Shown piece by piece: positions 46,159 to 58,638 of a stretch of 64,000 nucleotides of DNA. Made by a program: the position numbers and the translations under genes. The notes under the pieces are model-generated. The model made no database searches and was not told where the DNA came from. It worked only from the letters and a program-made list of their open reading frames with translations. This stretch comes from Felis catus (Eukaryota): positions 16,928,001 to 16,992,000 of the forward strand of contig NC_058383.1 in the NCBI RefSeq assembly GCF_018350175.1, in the 5' to 3' direction. The stretch's first letter is position 1, and each line of letters begins with the position of its first letter.

Positions 46159-46999
46159 GTTAGAAGAGCTTGTGCTTTATGGTGGCCCAAGGCCCTTTCT
46201 GATATGCGGCAGCAGCCGCACTCCTAGGGATAACTCACTAGAGATTCAACAGGGAAAAAATAAGCTCTGTGCATGGCATTAAAATGCTTATTATAGCATT
46301 ATCTATAATAATGATATATTCCAACAATAAAGGAAATGAATAAAACAAGGTATTTTAAACAAAAGAATTTATCTTAAAAAGTTAGCATTAAAATATCAGT
46401 ATGAAAAAAATGAATGAACCAAAAACATTCATAAGAAAAAGAATCTTCTTTTTGGAAAAAAGAATTAGATTCATATTTTTCTTGGAGTAGCTTCCTCTTG
46501 CTCAGTACTAAACTGTGATTATAGAGTACTTAAATCTGCAAGAATATGGGCAACGCCTGAAGAAACTTGCAAACATGAACATATTTTTCTTAGAGAAGGT
46601 TGGAATATGGAGGAAAGGGGACTCCTTTTTCAGAATTGTCCTAGTGAGAGGCATGTAGCATAGAAATTAGGGAAAGCTCTCTCAAACCAGATCATTTTGG
46701 GTCCTGGTTCTGTCACTTAACAAATGGATGGCCTTTGGCAAGATTAAGACATTTCAGTGGCTTGATTTCTTCATCTGTAAAATGGGGTAATAGTCCCTAT
46801 GATAGAGAGCTGCTGGGTGGCTTCATCTAATATGTGAAACTCTTAGAACAGCACTTGGCAAATAGTAAGTACTCTGTAAGTGCTAGCTATTTAAACTGTT
46901 GTTTATAATGTAATAAAATCATTTAAAAATTGACCAATCATTATTGATACTCCTGTCTACCCTCTACACTCAGAAAAAAACCTTAGATATTTTTAAGGG

Positions 47000-47709
47000 T
47001 GTATTTTATTATCCATAACTTCAATAAAGCTGTCAGTACATTTGTAGTCTGATTTTTGCTAAATGTAGACACTAGAATAACCACCATCACAATTAAGATG
47101 TAGAACATTTCCATCACCCTTTCTTCATGCCCCTTTCTAGTCAGCCTCTCCCTTAGTTCCAGACAACTGTTGGCCTGCTTTCTGCTCCTATAGTTATGCC
47201 TTAATTGTAGAATTTCATATAAATGGAATCATATAGTGTATACTCTTGTTTCTGGCTTCTTTGGTCTAACATAATCTTGAGATTCATCTATTTGTTGCAT
47301 GTAAAAATAGTTGTTCCTTTCTGTTGCTGAGAAGAATGCCATTATGTGGAGATCCCACAATTTGTTTATTCCTTCACCTTTGATGAGCATTTGGACTGTT
47401 TCCAGTTTTTGCTTATTATGAATAAAGCTGCTGTGCAGATTTGTAAAAAAAAAAAAAAAAGGCTTTGTGTGGACATATTTTCATTTTTCTTGGGTAAATA
47501 CATAAGAGTAGAATTGTTAGGTCATACAGTAAATGTGCATTTAATTTACTGTTAACAAACTGTCAAACTGCTTTCCAAAGTGGCAGGACATTTCACATTT
47601 CAAGAGCCATGTATGAGGGTTGCATTTGTTTCACATCCTGGGGACACTTGGTATTGTCAGTCTGTTAAATTTTAGCCATTCTTATGGATATGTAGTGGTA
47701 CTCATCATG
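47000..47709 (-). mobile_element. Old L1M 3' fragment (host of the younger L1)
   Basis: taaccaccatcacaattaagatgtagaacatttccatcaccc...ttttagccattcttatggatatgtagtggta; appears to resume as aatttgtattt at ~54312. Confidence 0.7.
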
Positions 47710-50700
47710 TTTTTTTTTTTAAATATGAAATTTATTGTCAAATTGGTTTCCATACAACACCCAGTGCTCATCCCAACAGGTGCCCTCCCCAACACCCACT
47801 ACCCACCCACCCCACCCTCCCACCCCCCATCAACCCTCAGTTTGTTCTCAGTTTTTAAAAGTCTCTTATGGTTTGCCTCCTTCTCTCTCTATAACTTTTT
47901 TTTCCCCTTCCCCTCACCCATGGTCTCCTGTTAAGTTTCTCAGGATCCACTTAAGAGTGAAAACGTATGGTATCTGTCTTTCTCTGTATGACTTATTTCA
48001 CTTAGCATAACACTCTCCAGTTCCAACCACATTGCTACAAAAGGCCATATTTCATTCTTTCTCATTGACAAGTAGTATTCCATTGTATATATAAACCACA
48101 ACTTCTTTATCCATTCATTGGTTGATGGACATTTAGGCTCTTTCCATAATTTGGCTATTGTTGAAAGTGCTGCTATAAACATTGGAGTACAAGTGCCCCT
48201 ATGCACCAGCACTCCTGTATCCCTTGGGTAAATTCCTAGCAGTGCTATTGCTGGGTCATAGGGTAGATCTATTTTTAATTTTTTGAGGAACCTCCACACT
48301 GTTTTCCAAAGCGGCTGCACCAGTTTACATTCCCACCAACAGTGCAAGGAGGTTCCTGTTTGTCCACATCCTCGCCATCATCTGTAGTCTCCCGATTTGT
48401 TCATTTTAGCCACTCTGACTGGCATGAGGTGATATCTCAGTGTGGTTTTGTTTTGTATTTCCCTTGATGAGGAGTGACATTGAGCATCTTTTCATGTGCC
48501 TGTTGGCCATCTGGATGTCTTCTTTAGAGAATTGTCTATTCATGTTTTCTGCCCATTTCTTCACTGGATTATTTGTTTTTCAGATGTGGAGTTTGGTGAG
48601 TTCTTTATAGATTTTGGATACTAACCCTTTATCTGATATGTCGTTTGCAAATATCTTTTACCATTCCATTGGTTGCCTTTTAGTTTTGTTGATTGTTTCC
48701 TTTGCTGTGCAGAAGCTTTTTATCTTCATGAGGTCCCAATAGTTCATTTTTGCTTTTAATTTCCTTGCCTTTGGAGATGTGTCAAGTAAGAAATTGCTGA
48801 GGCTGAGGTCAGACAGGTTTTCTCCTGCTTTATCCTCTGGGGTTTTGATGGTTTCCTCTCTCACATTCAGGTCTTTTATCCATTTTGAGTTTATTTTTGT
48901 GAATGGTGTAAGAAGGTGGTCTAGTTTCATTCTTCTGCATGTTGCTGTCCAGTTCTCCCAGCACCATTTGCTAACGAGACTGTCTTTTTTCCAGTGGATA
49001 CTCTTTCCTGCTTTGTCAAAGATTAGTTGGCCATACTTTTGTCGGTCCAATTCTGGAGTCTCTATTCAATTCCATTGGTCTATGTGTCTCTTTTTGTGCC
49101 AATACCATGCTGTCTTGATGATAACAGCTTTGTAGTAGAGGTTAAAGTCTGGGATTGTGATGCCTCCCGCTTTGGTCTTCTTTCTCAATATTACTTTGGC
49201 TATTTGGGGTCTTTTGTGATTCCATACAAATTTTAGGATTGCTTGTTCTAGATTTGAGAAGAATGCTGGTGCAATTTTGATTTGGGTTGCATTGAATGTG
49301 TAGATTGCTTTGGGTAGTATTGACATTTTAACAATATTTATTCTTCCAATCCATGAGCATGAATGTTTTTCCATTTCTTTGTATCTTCCTCAATTTCCTT
49401 CATAAGCTTTCTATAGTTTTCAGCATACAGATCTTTTACATCTTTGGTTAGGTTTATTCCCAGGTATTTTATGCTTCTTGGTGCGATTGTAAATGGGTCA
49501 GTTTCTGTATTTCTCTTTCTCTTACTTCATTATTGTTCTATAAAAATGCAACTGATTTCTGTACGTTGACTTTGTAACCTGCAACTTTGCTGAATTCACG
49601 TATCAGTTCTAGCAGACTTTGGGTGGAGTCTGTCGGGTTTTCTATGTAGAGTATCATGTCGTCTGAGAAAAGTGAAAGTTTGACTTCTTCTTTGCCAATT
49701 TTGATGCCTTTTACTTCATTGTTGTCTGATTTCTGATGCTAGGACTTCCAACACTGTTAAACAACAGCAGTGAGAGTGGACATCCCTGTCGTGTTCCTGA
49801 TCTCAGGGGAAAGCTCTCAGTTTTTCCCCATTGAAGATATCAGCTGTAGGCTTTTTATATATGGCTTTTATGATGTTTAAGCATGTTCCTTCTATCCCAA
49901 CTTTCTTTAGCGTTTTTATTAAGAAGGATGCTGTATTTTGTCAAAGGCTTTTTCTCCATCTATTGACAGAATCATATGGTTTTTATCCTTTTTTTTATTA
50001 GTGTGATGTATCACATTAATTGATTTGTGAATATTGAATCACCCCTGCAGCCCAGGAATGAATCACACTTGATCATGGTGAATAATTCTTTTTATATGCT
50101 GTTGAATTAGATTTGCTAGTATCTTGTTGAGAATTTTTGCATCCATATTAATCAGGAATATTGGCCTGTAGTTCTCTTTTTTTGGGTCTCTGTCTGGTTT
50201 AGGAATCAAAGTAATGCTGGCTTCATAGAATGCGTCCAGAAATTTTCCTTCCATTTTTATTTTTTGGAACAGCTTGAGAAGGATAGGTATTAACTCTGCT
50301 TAAATGTCTGATAGAATTCCCCAGGGAAGCCATCTGGGCCAGGACTCTTATCTGTTGGGAGATTTTTGATAATGGATTCAATTTCTTCACTAGTTATGGG
50401 TCTGTTCAAATTTCTATTTCTTCCCATTTGAGTTTTGTTGGTGTTTGGGTGTTTACGAATTTGTCCATTTCTTCCAGGTTGACTAGTTTGTTGGCATATA
50501 ATTTTTCATAGTATTCCCTGCTTGTATTTCTGAGGGATTGGTCATAATAAATCCATTTCAATTGTGATTTTGTCTATTTGGGTCCTCTCTCTTTTCCTTT
50601 TGAGAAGTCTGGCTAGGAGTTTATCAATTTTGTTTATTTTTTCAAAAAACCAACTCTTAGTTTCATCGATCTGTTCTGTTTTGTTTTGTTTTGTTTTGTT

Positions 50701-53700
50701 TTTTGATACCTTACTGTTTATTTCTGCCCTGATATTTATTATTTCCCTTCTTATGCTGGATTTGGGGTGTCTTTGCTCTTCTGCTTCTATTTCCTTTAGG
50801 TTTGCTGCTAGAGTTTGTATTTGGGATTTTTCTTGCTTCTTGAGATAGGCCTGGATTGCAATGTATTTTCCTCTCAGGACTGCCTTTGCTGCATCCCAAA
50901 GGGTTTGAATTGTGTTTTCGTTTTCATTTGTTTCAATATATTTTTAAATTTTTTCTCTAATTACCTGGTTGACCCATTCAATCTTTAGTAGAATGTTCTG
51001 TAACCTCCATGCTTTTGGAGATTTTCCAATCTTTTTCCTGTGGTTGATTTCAACTTTCATAAGACTATGATCTGAAAGTGTGCATGGTATGATATCAGTT
51101 CTTTTATATTTATTGAGAGCTGTTTTGTGACCCAGAATGTGATCTATCTTGGAGAATGTTCCATATACACTCGAGAAGAATGTGTATTCTGCTGCTTTTG
51201 GATGAAAAGTTCTGAATATATCTGTCAAGTCCATCTGGTCCAGTGTGTCATTCATGGCCATTGTTTCTTTACTGATTTTCTGTCTAGATTATGTCCATTG
51301 TTGTAAGTGGAGTATTAAAATCCCCTGAAACTACCACATTCTTACCAATAAGATTGCTTATGTTTGTGATGAATTGTTTTATATAGCTGGGTGCTTCCTA
51401 TTTGGCGCATAGATATTTATAATTGTTAGCTCTTCCTGATGGATAGACCCTGTAATTATCATATAATGCCCTTCTTCATCTCTTGTTACAGCCTCTAATT
51501 TAATTCTAGTTTGTCTGATATAAGTATGGCTACTCCAGCTTTCTTTTGACTTCTAGTAGCATGAGAGATAGTTCTCCATCCCCTCACTTTCAACCTGAAG
51601 GTGTCCTCAGGTCTAAAATGGGTCTCTTGTATACAGCAAATAGATGGGTCTTGTTTTTTTATCCATTCTGATACCCTATGTCTTTTGGTTGGAGCATTTA
51701 GTCCATTTACATTCAGTGTTATTATTGAAACATATGGGTTTAGAGTCATTGTGTAGGTTTCATGCTTGTAGTGATGTCTCTGGTCCTTTGTGGTCCTTGC
51801 AATATTTCACTCACAGAGTCCCCCTTAGGATCTCTTGTAGGGCTGGTTTAGTGGTGATGAATTCCTTCAGTTTTTGTTTGTTTGGGAAGACCTTTATCTT
51901 TCTTTCTATTCTGAATGACAGGCTTGCTGGATAAAGAATTCTTGGCTGCATTTTTTTTCTGTTTATTACATTAAAGATTTCCTGCCAGTCCTTTCTGGCC
52001 TGCTAAGTTTCAGTAGATAGGTCTGCTACTACCCTTATGTGTCTACTCTTGTATGTTAAGGCCCACTTATATCTATCTGCTTTCAGAATTCTTTCTTTAT
52101 CCTTGTACTTTTACAGTTTCACTATGATATGTCGTGCAGAAGATCAATTCAAGTTACATCTGAAGGGAGTTCTCTGTGCCTGTTGGATTTCAATGCCTTT
52201 TTCCTTCCCCAGATTGAGGACGTTCTCAGCTATGATTTGTTCAGGTAAACTTTCAGCCCCTTACTCTCTCTCTTCTTCTTCTGGAATTCCTGTGATACAG
52301 ATATTGTTCCATTTGATTTCATCACTTAGTTCTCTAATTTGCCCCTCATAATCCTAGATGTTTTTTTCTCTTTTTCTCAGCTTCCTCTTTTTCCATAATT
52401 TTATCTTCTAATTCACCTATTTTCTCCTCTGCCTCTTCAATCTGTGCTGTGGCCGCCTCCATTTTATTTTGCACCTCATTTATAGCATTTTTTAATTCAT
52501 CATGACTATTTTTTAGTTTCTTGATCTCTGTAGCAATAGATTCTCTGCTGTCTTCTATGCCTTTTTCAAACCTAGTGATTAATCTTGACTGTTATTCTAA
52601 ATTCTTGTTCAGTTATATTGCTTATATCTGTTTTGATAAATTCATTAGCTGTCACTTCTTCCTGGAATTTCTTTTGTGAAGAATTCTTCTGTTTCATCTC
52701 TTTGGCTTTTCTGTGTCTTATGAGTTTTAAAAGCTTGTTATGTGCTTTGCATCTGTGAGCACAGCTATGTTAAAGAGGGTTCATATGCTGTCCAGGGCCT
52801 GGCCCTTCAGAAGGTGTTTTTTGGAGAGTTTTACTTGCTCTCTGTTGTTGTGACTTTGGTTATTTTATTTCCCTACTCCCAGTGATGTTTTGGACCCTCC
52901 ACCATGCATGCTTTGGTTTGTTCTTTGAAAAAGCCCTGGAAAGGAAAACAAACAAACAGGAAAAGAACACACAAAAATACAAATAAAACAAACAAACAAA
53001 ACAAAAATCCAAAAGTCAAAAAACCAGAAACACCAGCTGCAAGTAAAGAACATGGTGGAGGCAGTGCTGATGGAAGAGCACATACAAAGAGAGAAATGAC
53101 AGGGGCAGGGAAAAAGAAAAAATAAACATTGACCAGGCAGAGAGACTAAATGGCTTAATCCAGAGACAGAGAAAGGAAAATAAAGAAGGACATGAGAGGA
53201 AAAAGAAATGAAGATAAAATTATCCCCATAGAGAAACTACATGGCTTGATTATTCCAGAGAAAGAGAAAGGAATGTAAAGAAGGAGGTGTAGAACATGTA
53301 TCAAGAGAATGGATTAAATATGTCTGTTTAAACAAACAAAAAACCAGAGTAACTAGCCTAGAGGAGGGAAGAGATAAGGAGAAAAGGAAGGAACAATATA
53401 TCTAAATAACAAGAATTTCGTACAATTAACCCAGGCAATGCAGCAGCACTGGTCTGGAGGAGGGAGCTGTCTGGTTCCTCAGCATCTATCCAGCTCCAGT
53501 AGACATGCAGTTACCCAGCCAGGAGGGGCATGGTTTGGTGTAAGCAGGTCCTGCCTCTACTGTGAGCCCCAAGGACCAATCCCTGAGGCCTGCCTTGATG
53601 GTGGTGGTGGGGAGAAAAATGGCGACCCCCCCATTGTCTTTTCCACGGACCCAGTGTCCCAAATCACTCCATTTGAGCTGTCCTCACTGTGCCACAGGTG

Positions 53701-54305
53701 CAGATGAGATGGTCTGTCTCGCTCTGCCGACTCCCATGGCCTGGTGCTTGGCTGGGATTTAAACTCCCACTCCATGCACCCTGGCACTGGGGAAGTGCCT
53801 CTCTATACTGACCGATATGTGGTCTAGGCTGGTTTTGTCCTGTGCTGCAGCACTTCAGGGAGGACCACTTTCTCCTGCAGACTATGCCCTGACCTACCAG
53901 TGAAACGGGGTGGCTCCCCTTCTCCCAAGGTGCATGAATAGGGCAGCCAGCCCCAGTCTGAAGAAAGCCCTGCAGTTAGAGATGGGATCCATCTCCATCC
54001 TGGCCCAAGGTTTTTCTCTTGTCCAGATACAGTCTTATTCTTCCCCAGCCGCTCTTTCTCTTCCCTTTGTCTCTCTGCAGAAGGGGATCTCTCCCCTCCA
54101 TGCCTATGCAGCCCATTTTATCTTCCCCAGTTTGCAATCACCCACCTACAGCCCATCAGGTTGTCCTGGTGTCTTCTTGTTAGACTCAGTCTCTTTTCCT
54201 CATAGTCTCTTGGGGTTCAAAGTCCTTTGACTTCAGCCCTTCTTTGTTTGAGAGATGTGGGAAGTACAGATCCCCCTACTTCTCTGCCGGGTTGGTCGGC
54301 CTCCC
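47710..54305 (-). mobile_element. Full-length (~6.6 kb) carnivore L1, inactivated, with 5'/3' UTRs different from the 26.8-kb L1
   Basis: T-tract at 47710; ORF2 fragments [68 protein letters not shown]1 remnant ~51820-52690; 5' end near 54305. Confidence 0.93.
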
Positions 54306-55647
54306 ACCCAAAATTTGTATTTAGTAGATCAGATGTTGATCTTTGCTTTGGAGAATATGGTGATGATATGTAGCATCCTAGGAAAGAGGTACAAGAGAAA
54401 CTGGCATGGAATCGTCTCTCCACACTCTTCACCACCAATAGCTGAAGAATGTCTGGAAAGGGCTGGGGATGCTGCCCACTGGGGTTTACTTAACAACTGG
54501 AAAGTTCTCCCCTCCACCTAAAGCAAAGAAAAATCTAAGCCTCTAGAAACTAGAAGCTTTGGAAGCAGCCCAATTAATTGACTGTGTGAGAGAGACCTTA
54601 TGAAAAAATGGTGGGTACAAAGACTGAAGGACCTGCTCTACATTGCCTCTACACTGATCAATCTAGGAAAGCACAGACTACCTAAATAGAAAACTGAGTA
54701 CTGGATAGGTGCATCACATGAGCGTGACAGTAGCAGAGGATGGTAGCATCTCTAGGGGCATTCACCAAGTACCAGCAAGAAAACTCTTCCTGGAAATTTC
54801 CAAGCTGAGACAAAGGGATGGGAACACTCAGGAAATTGTTAGGCAGTGACCAACAAAGCTCTGAGTGGAGGGAGAAGGACGTAGAATGTTTTCAAGTACA
54901 AGTACCCCTGGTCATATGCTTTCTCTAGAAGCCATAATCATAAGCTGAGGAGACTGTATGTGGAGGGAAATGCCAAACAACCTGAACTGGAATAAGGCCC
55001 ATCTTCTCAGTAGCAATTCCAAAGTCCAAGTGGGAAAAAGCAGTCATAGGAAGAATTCCATTATAGCTCAGTGAGGGCTCAGGAACAATTTAGAAACACT
55101 ATATACCATTTGAATGTTCAACAAGGTTACTTAGAAAAAAAAAGCTTCAGAAAGTTAAGTAGAAGCTAGTGTTCAGTTTCAAACCAACAGGAGGAACAAG
55201 TATGGAGCCCCTTCCTAAAAATGTACCTTCCTCATTTTTCTTTTGTAATTCAGATTAGATACAAAAAATCATGTTTTCTTTTATATATTACATTCATATT
55301 AGGTCCATCACATCAGTCCTGATCCAAGCTGGAGATATCCTGTAGGATTGTACTTTGGCAAAGGCATTTATATAGGGTTAACCAATGTAACATCATTCGA
55401 GCATTCAATAAATACATATTTTTAGAACAACTACTTCATGCCAGGTTCTGTGCTAGTGCTGAGGACAGAACAGTGAGCCAGGCAAAAATCACCTCCGCTG
55501 TCTTGTATATTTCTAATGACCTGCTTTGATACAGGGCTTACACAGGTCTACCCAGGCTTTCTTTTTCCTCCATGTAATCAGATTTTTCAGCTTGAAATAA
55601 CATACTTTGCAGTAGATACTTGTCAAGTCTGTGGCTACCTTTTTCTT

Positions 55648-55858
55648 AATTTTTTAAATGTTTTTATTTATTTTTGAGAGACACAGAGAGACAGAGCACA
55701 AGTGGGGGAGGGGCAGAGAGCGTGAAACACAGAATCTGAAGCAGGTTCCAGGCTCTGAGCTGTCAGCACAGAACCCAGTGAGGGCTCAAACTCACAAACT
55801 GCAAGATCATGACCTAAGCTGAAGTCGGACGCTTAACCGACTGAGCCACCCGGGCACT
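55648..55858 (-). mobile_element. Can-SINE
   Basis: Reverse head actgagccacccgggcac; tail tttatttatttttgagagacacag. Confidence 0.9.
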
Positions 55859-56583
55859 GCACCCAGTATCTTTTGAATACTCTTCCTGTATTTGGGGATT
55901 TTCTTCAAGATATAATTCCTGTCTCCTTAAGGCAGAATGCAAACTCAGTTTCCAAGCCTTTCTTGAAGCTAGGGTACAGGCAATGACCTATTGTCAACTG
56001 GGGTCCACATGATTTCTCTGATTGAGAAGACACCAACCCAAGGATGCAAAATTCATGAAAAATCCACTTTCCAGAGGGTGTGAGGGTGGAAGAATCTGTT
56101 TTTCCAGGGAAGCATGGGTGAAGTTTTTGGCATCTGGAGTATAGCAGTGCAAATTATGGTGGTGTCTCACTGCAGCTGTCCCACAGAATGGTTTATTTTT
56201 GGCTGCACAGATTGTTGGCCTTTCTGGCCATACCAGAGGTACTGTGAGCTACCTAAGATTCTCAATTGCTTATTTTTTAAAAACCAGTTAGAGTGAGTTC
56301 TATTCTTTGTAAAATATTGTGACTAATGCATATACTGAGCTACTGTTATGTGCTAGACTCTATGCTGGCATATTCCTATGTTACTTTGATTAAACTTCAT
56401 AAACTTCATTTAAGGTATAAATTCTTATACATTTTACAGATTAAAAAACTGAGATTCAAAAGGTCACTTTATTCAATCTACAATACTAAAAACCTGCTGT
56501 GTGACACCCACTGGGAATAGAATATTGAAGGAAATAGTTCCCTGCAACTGTAAAAAGAACGGCATATTGTTTTTAAATGTCCC

Positions 56584-56715
56584 CTTATCAAAATAAGAAG
56601 CACCAAATAGCAGATGTCTAGAGAGAAGGACCTCAGACCAGTAAAGGCCTCATTTTAAATATAGAAACCCCCTAAAAATAGCCACCCATGTTACAGACTC
56701 AACAGGTGATTGGCC
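56584..56715 (+). promoter_or_regulatory. COX6A2 muscle-specific promoter (MEF2 + E-boxes)
   Basis: Perfect MEF2 CTAAAAATAG (56672-56681); second MEF2-type TTAAATATAG (56655-56664); E-boxes CAGATG (56611-56616) and CAGGTG (56703-56708); GATA site (cttatc, 56584-56589). Confidence 0.75.
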
Positions 56716-56795
56716 CAAAAAGAAGGGAGTGGAATCTAGGCCGTGGTGAAGGAGAGTGAAAGGGCAGTTCACTGTTTCCAGCTTCTCTCACCACA

Positions 56796-57394
<599 letters not shown>

Positions 57395-57429
57395 ATGGCC
57401 CTGAGGCCCCAGTGGATGCCCCCAGCCCC

Positions 57430-57435
57430 AATAAA
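57430..57435 (+). terminator. COX6A2 polyadenylation signal
   Basis: AATAAA 35 nt after the stop, followed by GT-rich sequence. Confidence 0.85.
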
Positions 57436-58376
57436 GGTGTGAAAACTGTGTGTCCGCAGGCTCTCTGGGGACCAGGATAGGGGCTGGAGGGGTCTCCAAG
57501 GAGTTCCACTGAGTGCATGCGCACAATGCAGTCTGTGGTCTACATGCTCTTCCCAAGGCCATGATTTGGGAGGTGCTCCAGGGAACATCCTTGATGACTA
57601 GGTAGGAGATCTCCATCCTCCCTTTCTCTCACCTATTGATAATTAGGGCTATAGCCTGTAAAGGTCTTTCACATAACACTAACCTCACAGTAACTCTGGG
57701 AACAAGATATAATTTTGGTTCCCCTTCTCCAGACGAGGAAATGAGATTCTCAGATATTAAATGACTTAAATAAGGGCCCTCCTCAGAGGTCCCTGGAAAC
57801 TCAGGGCTGCAGACTCTGAAGTACCACTTGTCTCTTGACATTTATTCACAGCTTTTGTGAATTCTGGTTTTTGGAAACAACCCTGGTTTCAAACAGAGGA
57901 ACTACAGCCCTATCTGTGAGTCTTCATGACCTAGTTTTGGATTTGGAATATTTTAGCTATTCTCTATGACCACCCTTAATGAGTCTTCTGTATTAGTTTG
58001 GGAAATCATATGCTTCTTTCTGGAAGCCTGGCTCTCCTAGCCTCTGGGGATCTCATTCAAGGGAGAGATCGGTTCAAACAAGTTCAGGGCATTTCACTCA
58101 CCTCTTAGGACAGTCTGCTCACTTCACATTACCAAAGAGCCTGAAGCCTGTGCTGAAACCCGTGAGAAACAGACACATTGAGTTCTTCCTTTGGCTACTC
58201 CCCTGATGCTACATATATAGTGCCATTAAAAAAAGATTATCTCAGGCCTCAATCACCTGACAAAGTGAGTGAATGTTTTCTAGGCCCACAAGCAGGGTCC
58301 CTCAACTCTTCCTAGAATAGTACTCAGGTCCCTAAATTAAAGCTCTTTGATTAAAGAAGAATGTTTTATGAACATC

Positions 58377-58386
58377 TTTATTTAAT
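58377..58386 (-). terminator. ITGAD polyadenylation signal
   Basis: Overlapping ATTAAA/AATAAA on minus, ~255 nt after the ITGAD stop. Confidence 0.7.
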
Positions 58387-58638
58387 ATGGCAATTCTTAC
58401 ATATGAAAATTTATGCTGGCATAATGCTTGCTTTTGTAAAAAGTGAGTCATCACTGAAGAACTCTGACAAATATGTTAAAATATAAAAACCTTTCAAATA
58501 CCTTGAGAAAGTGGCTTAGCACCTGGTAAGTTGCTCAGTCCAGTCCATATCTATACAGAAGTTATTCCCGTGGAAATAGATTTGTAGGCAAAGTCAAGCC
58601 CAGCCAATAGGGGTAGATACAAACAGAAAAGTGAATTG

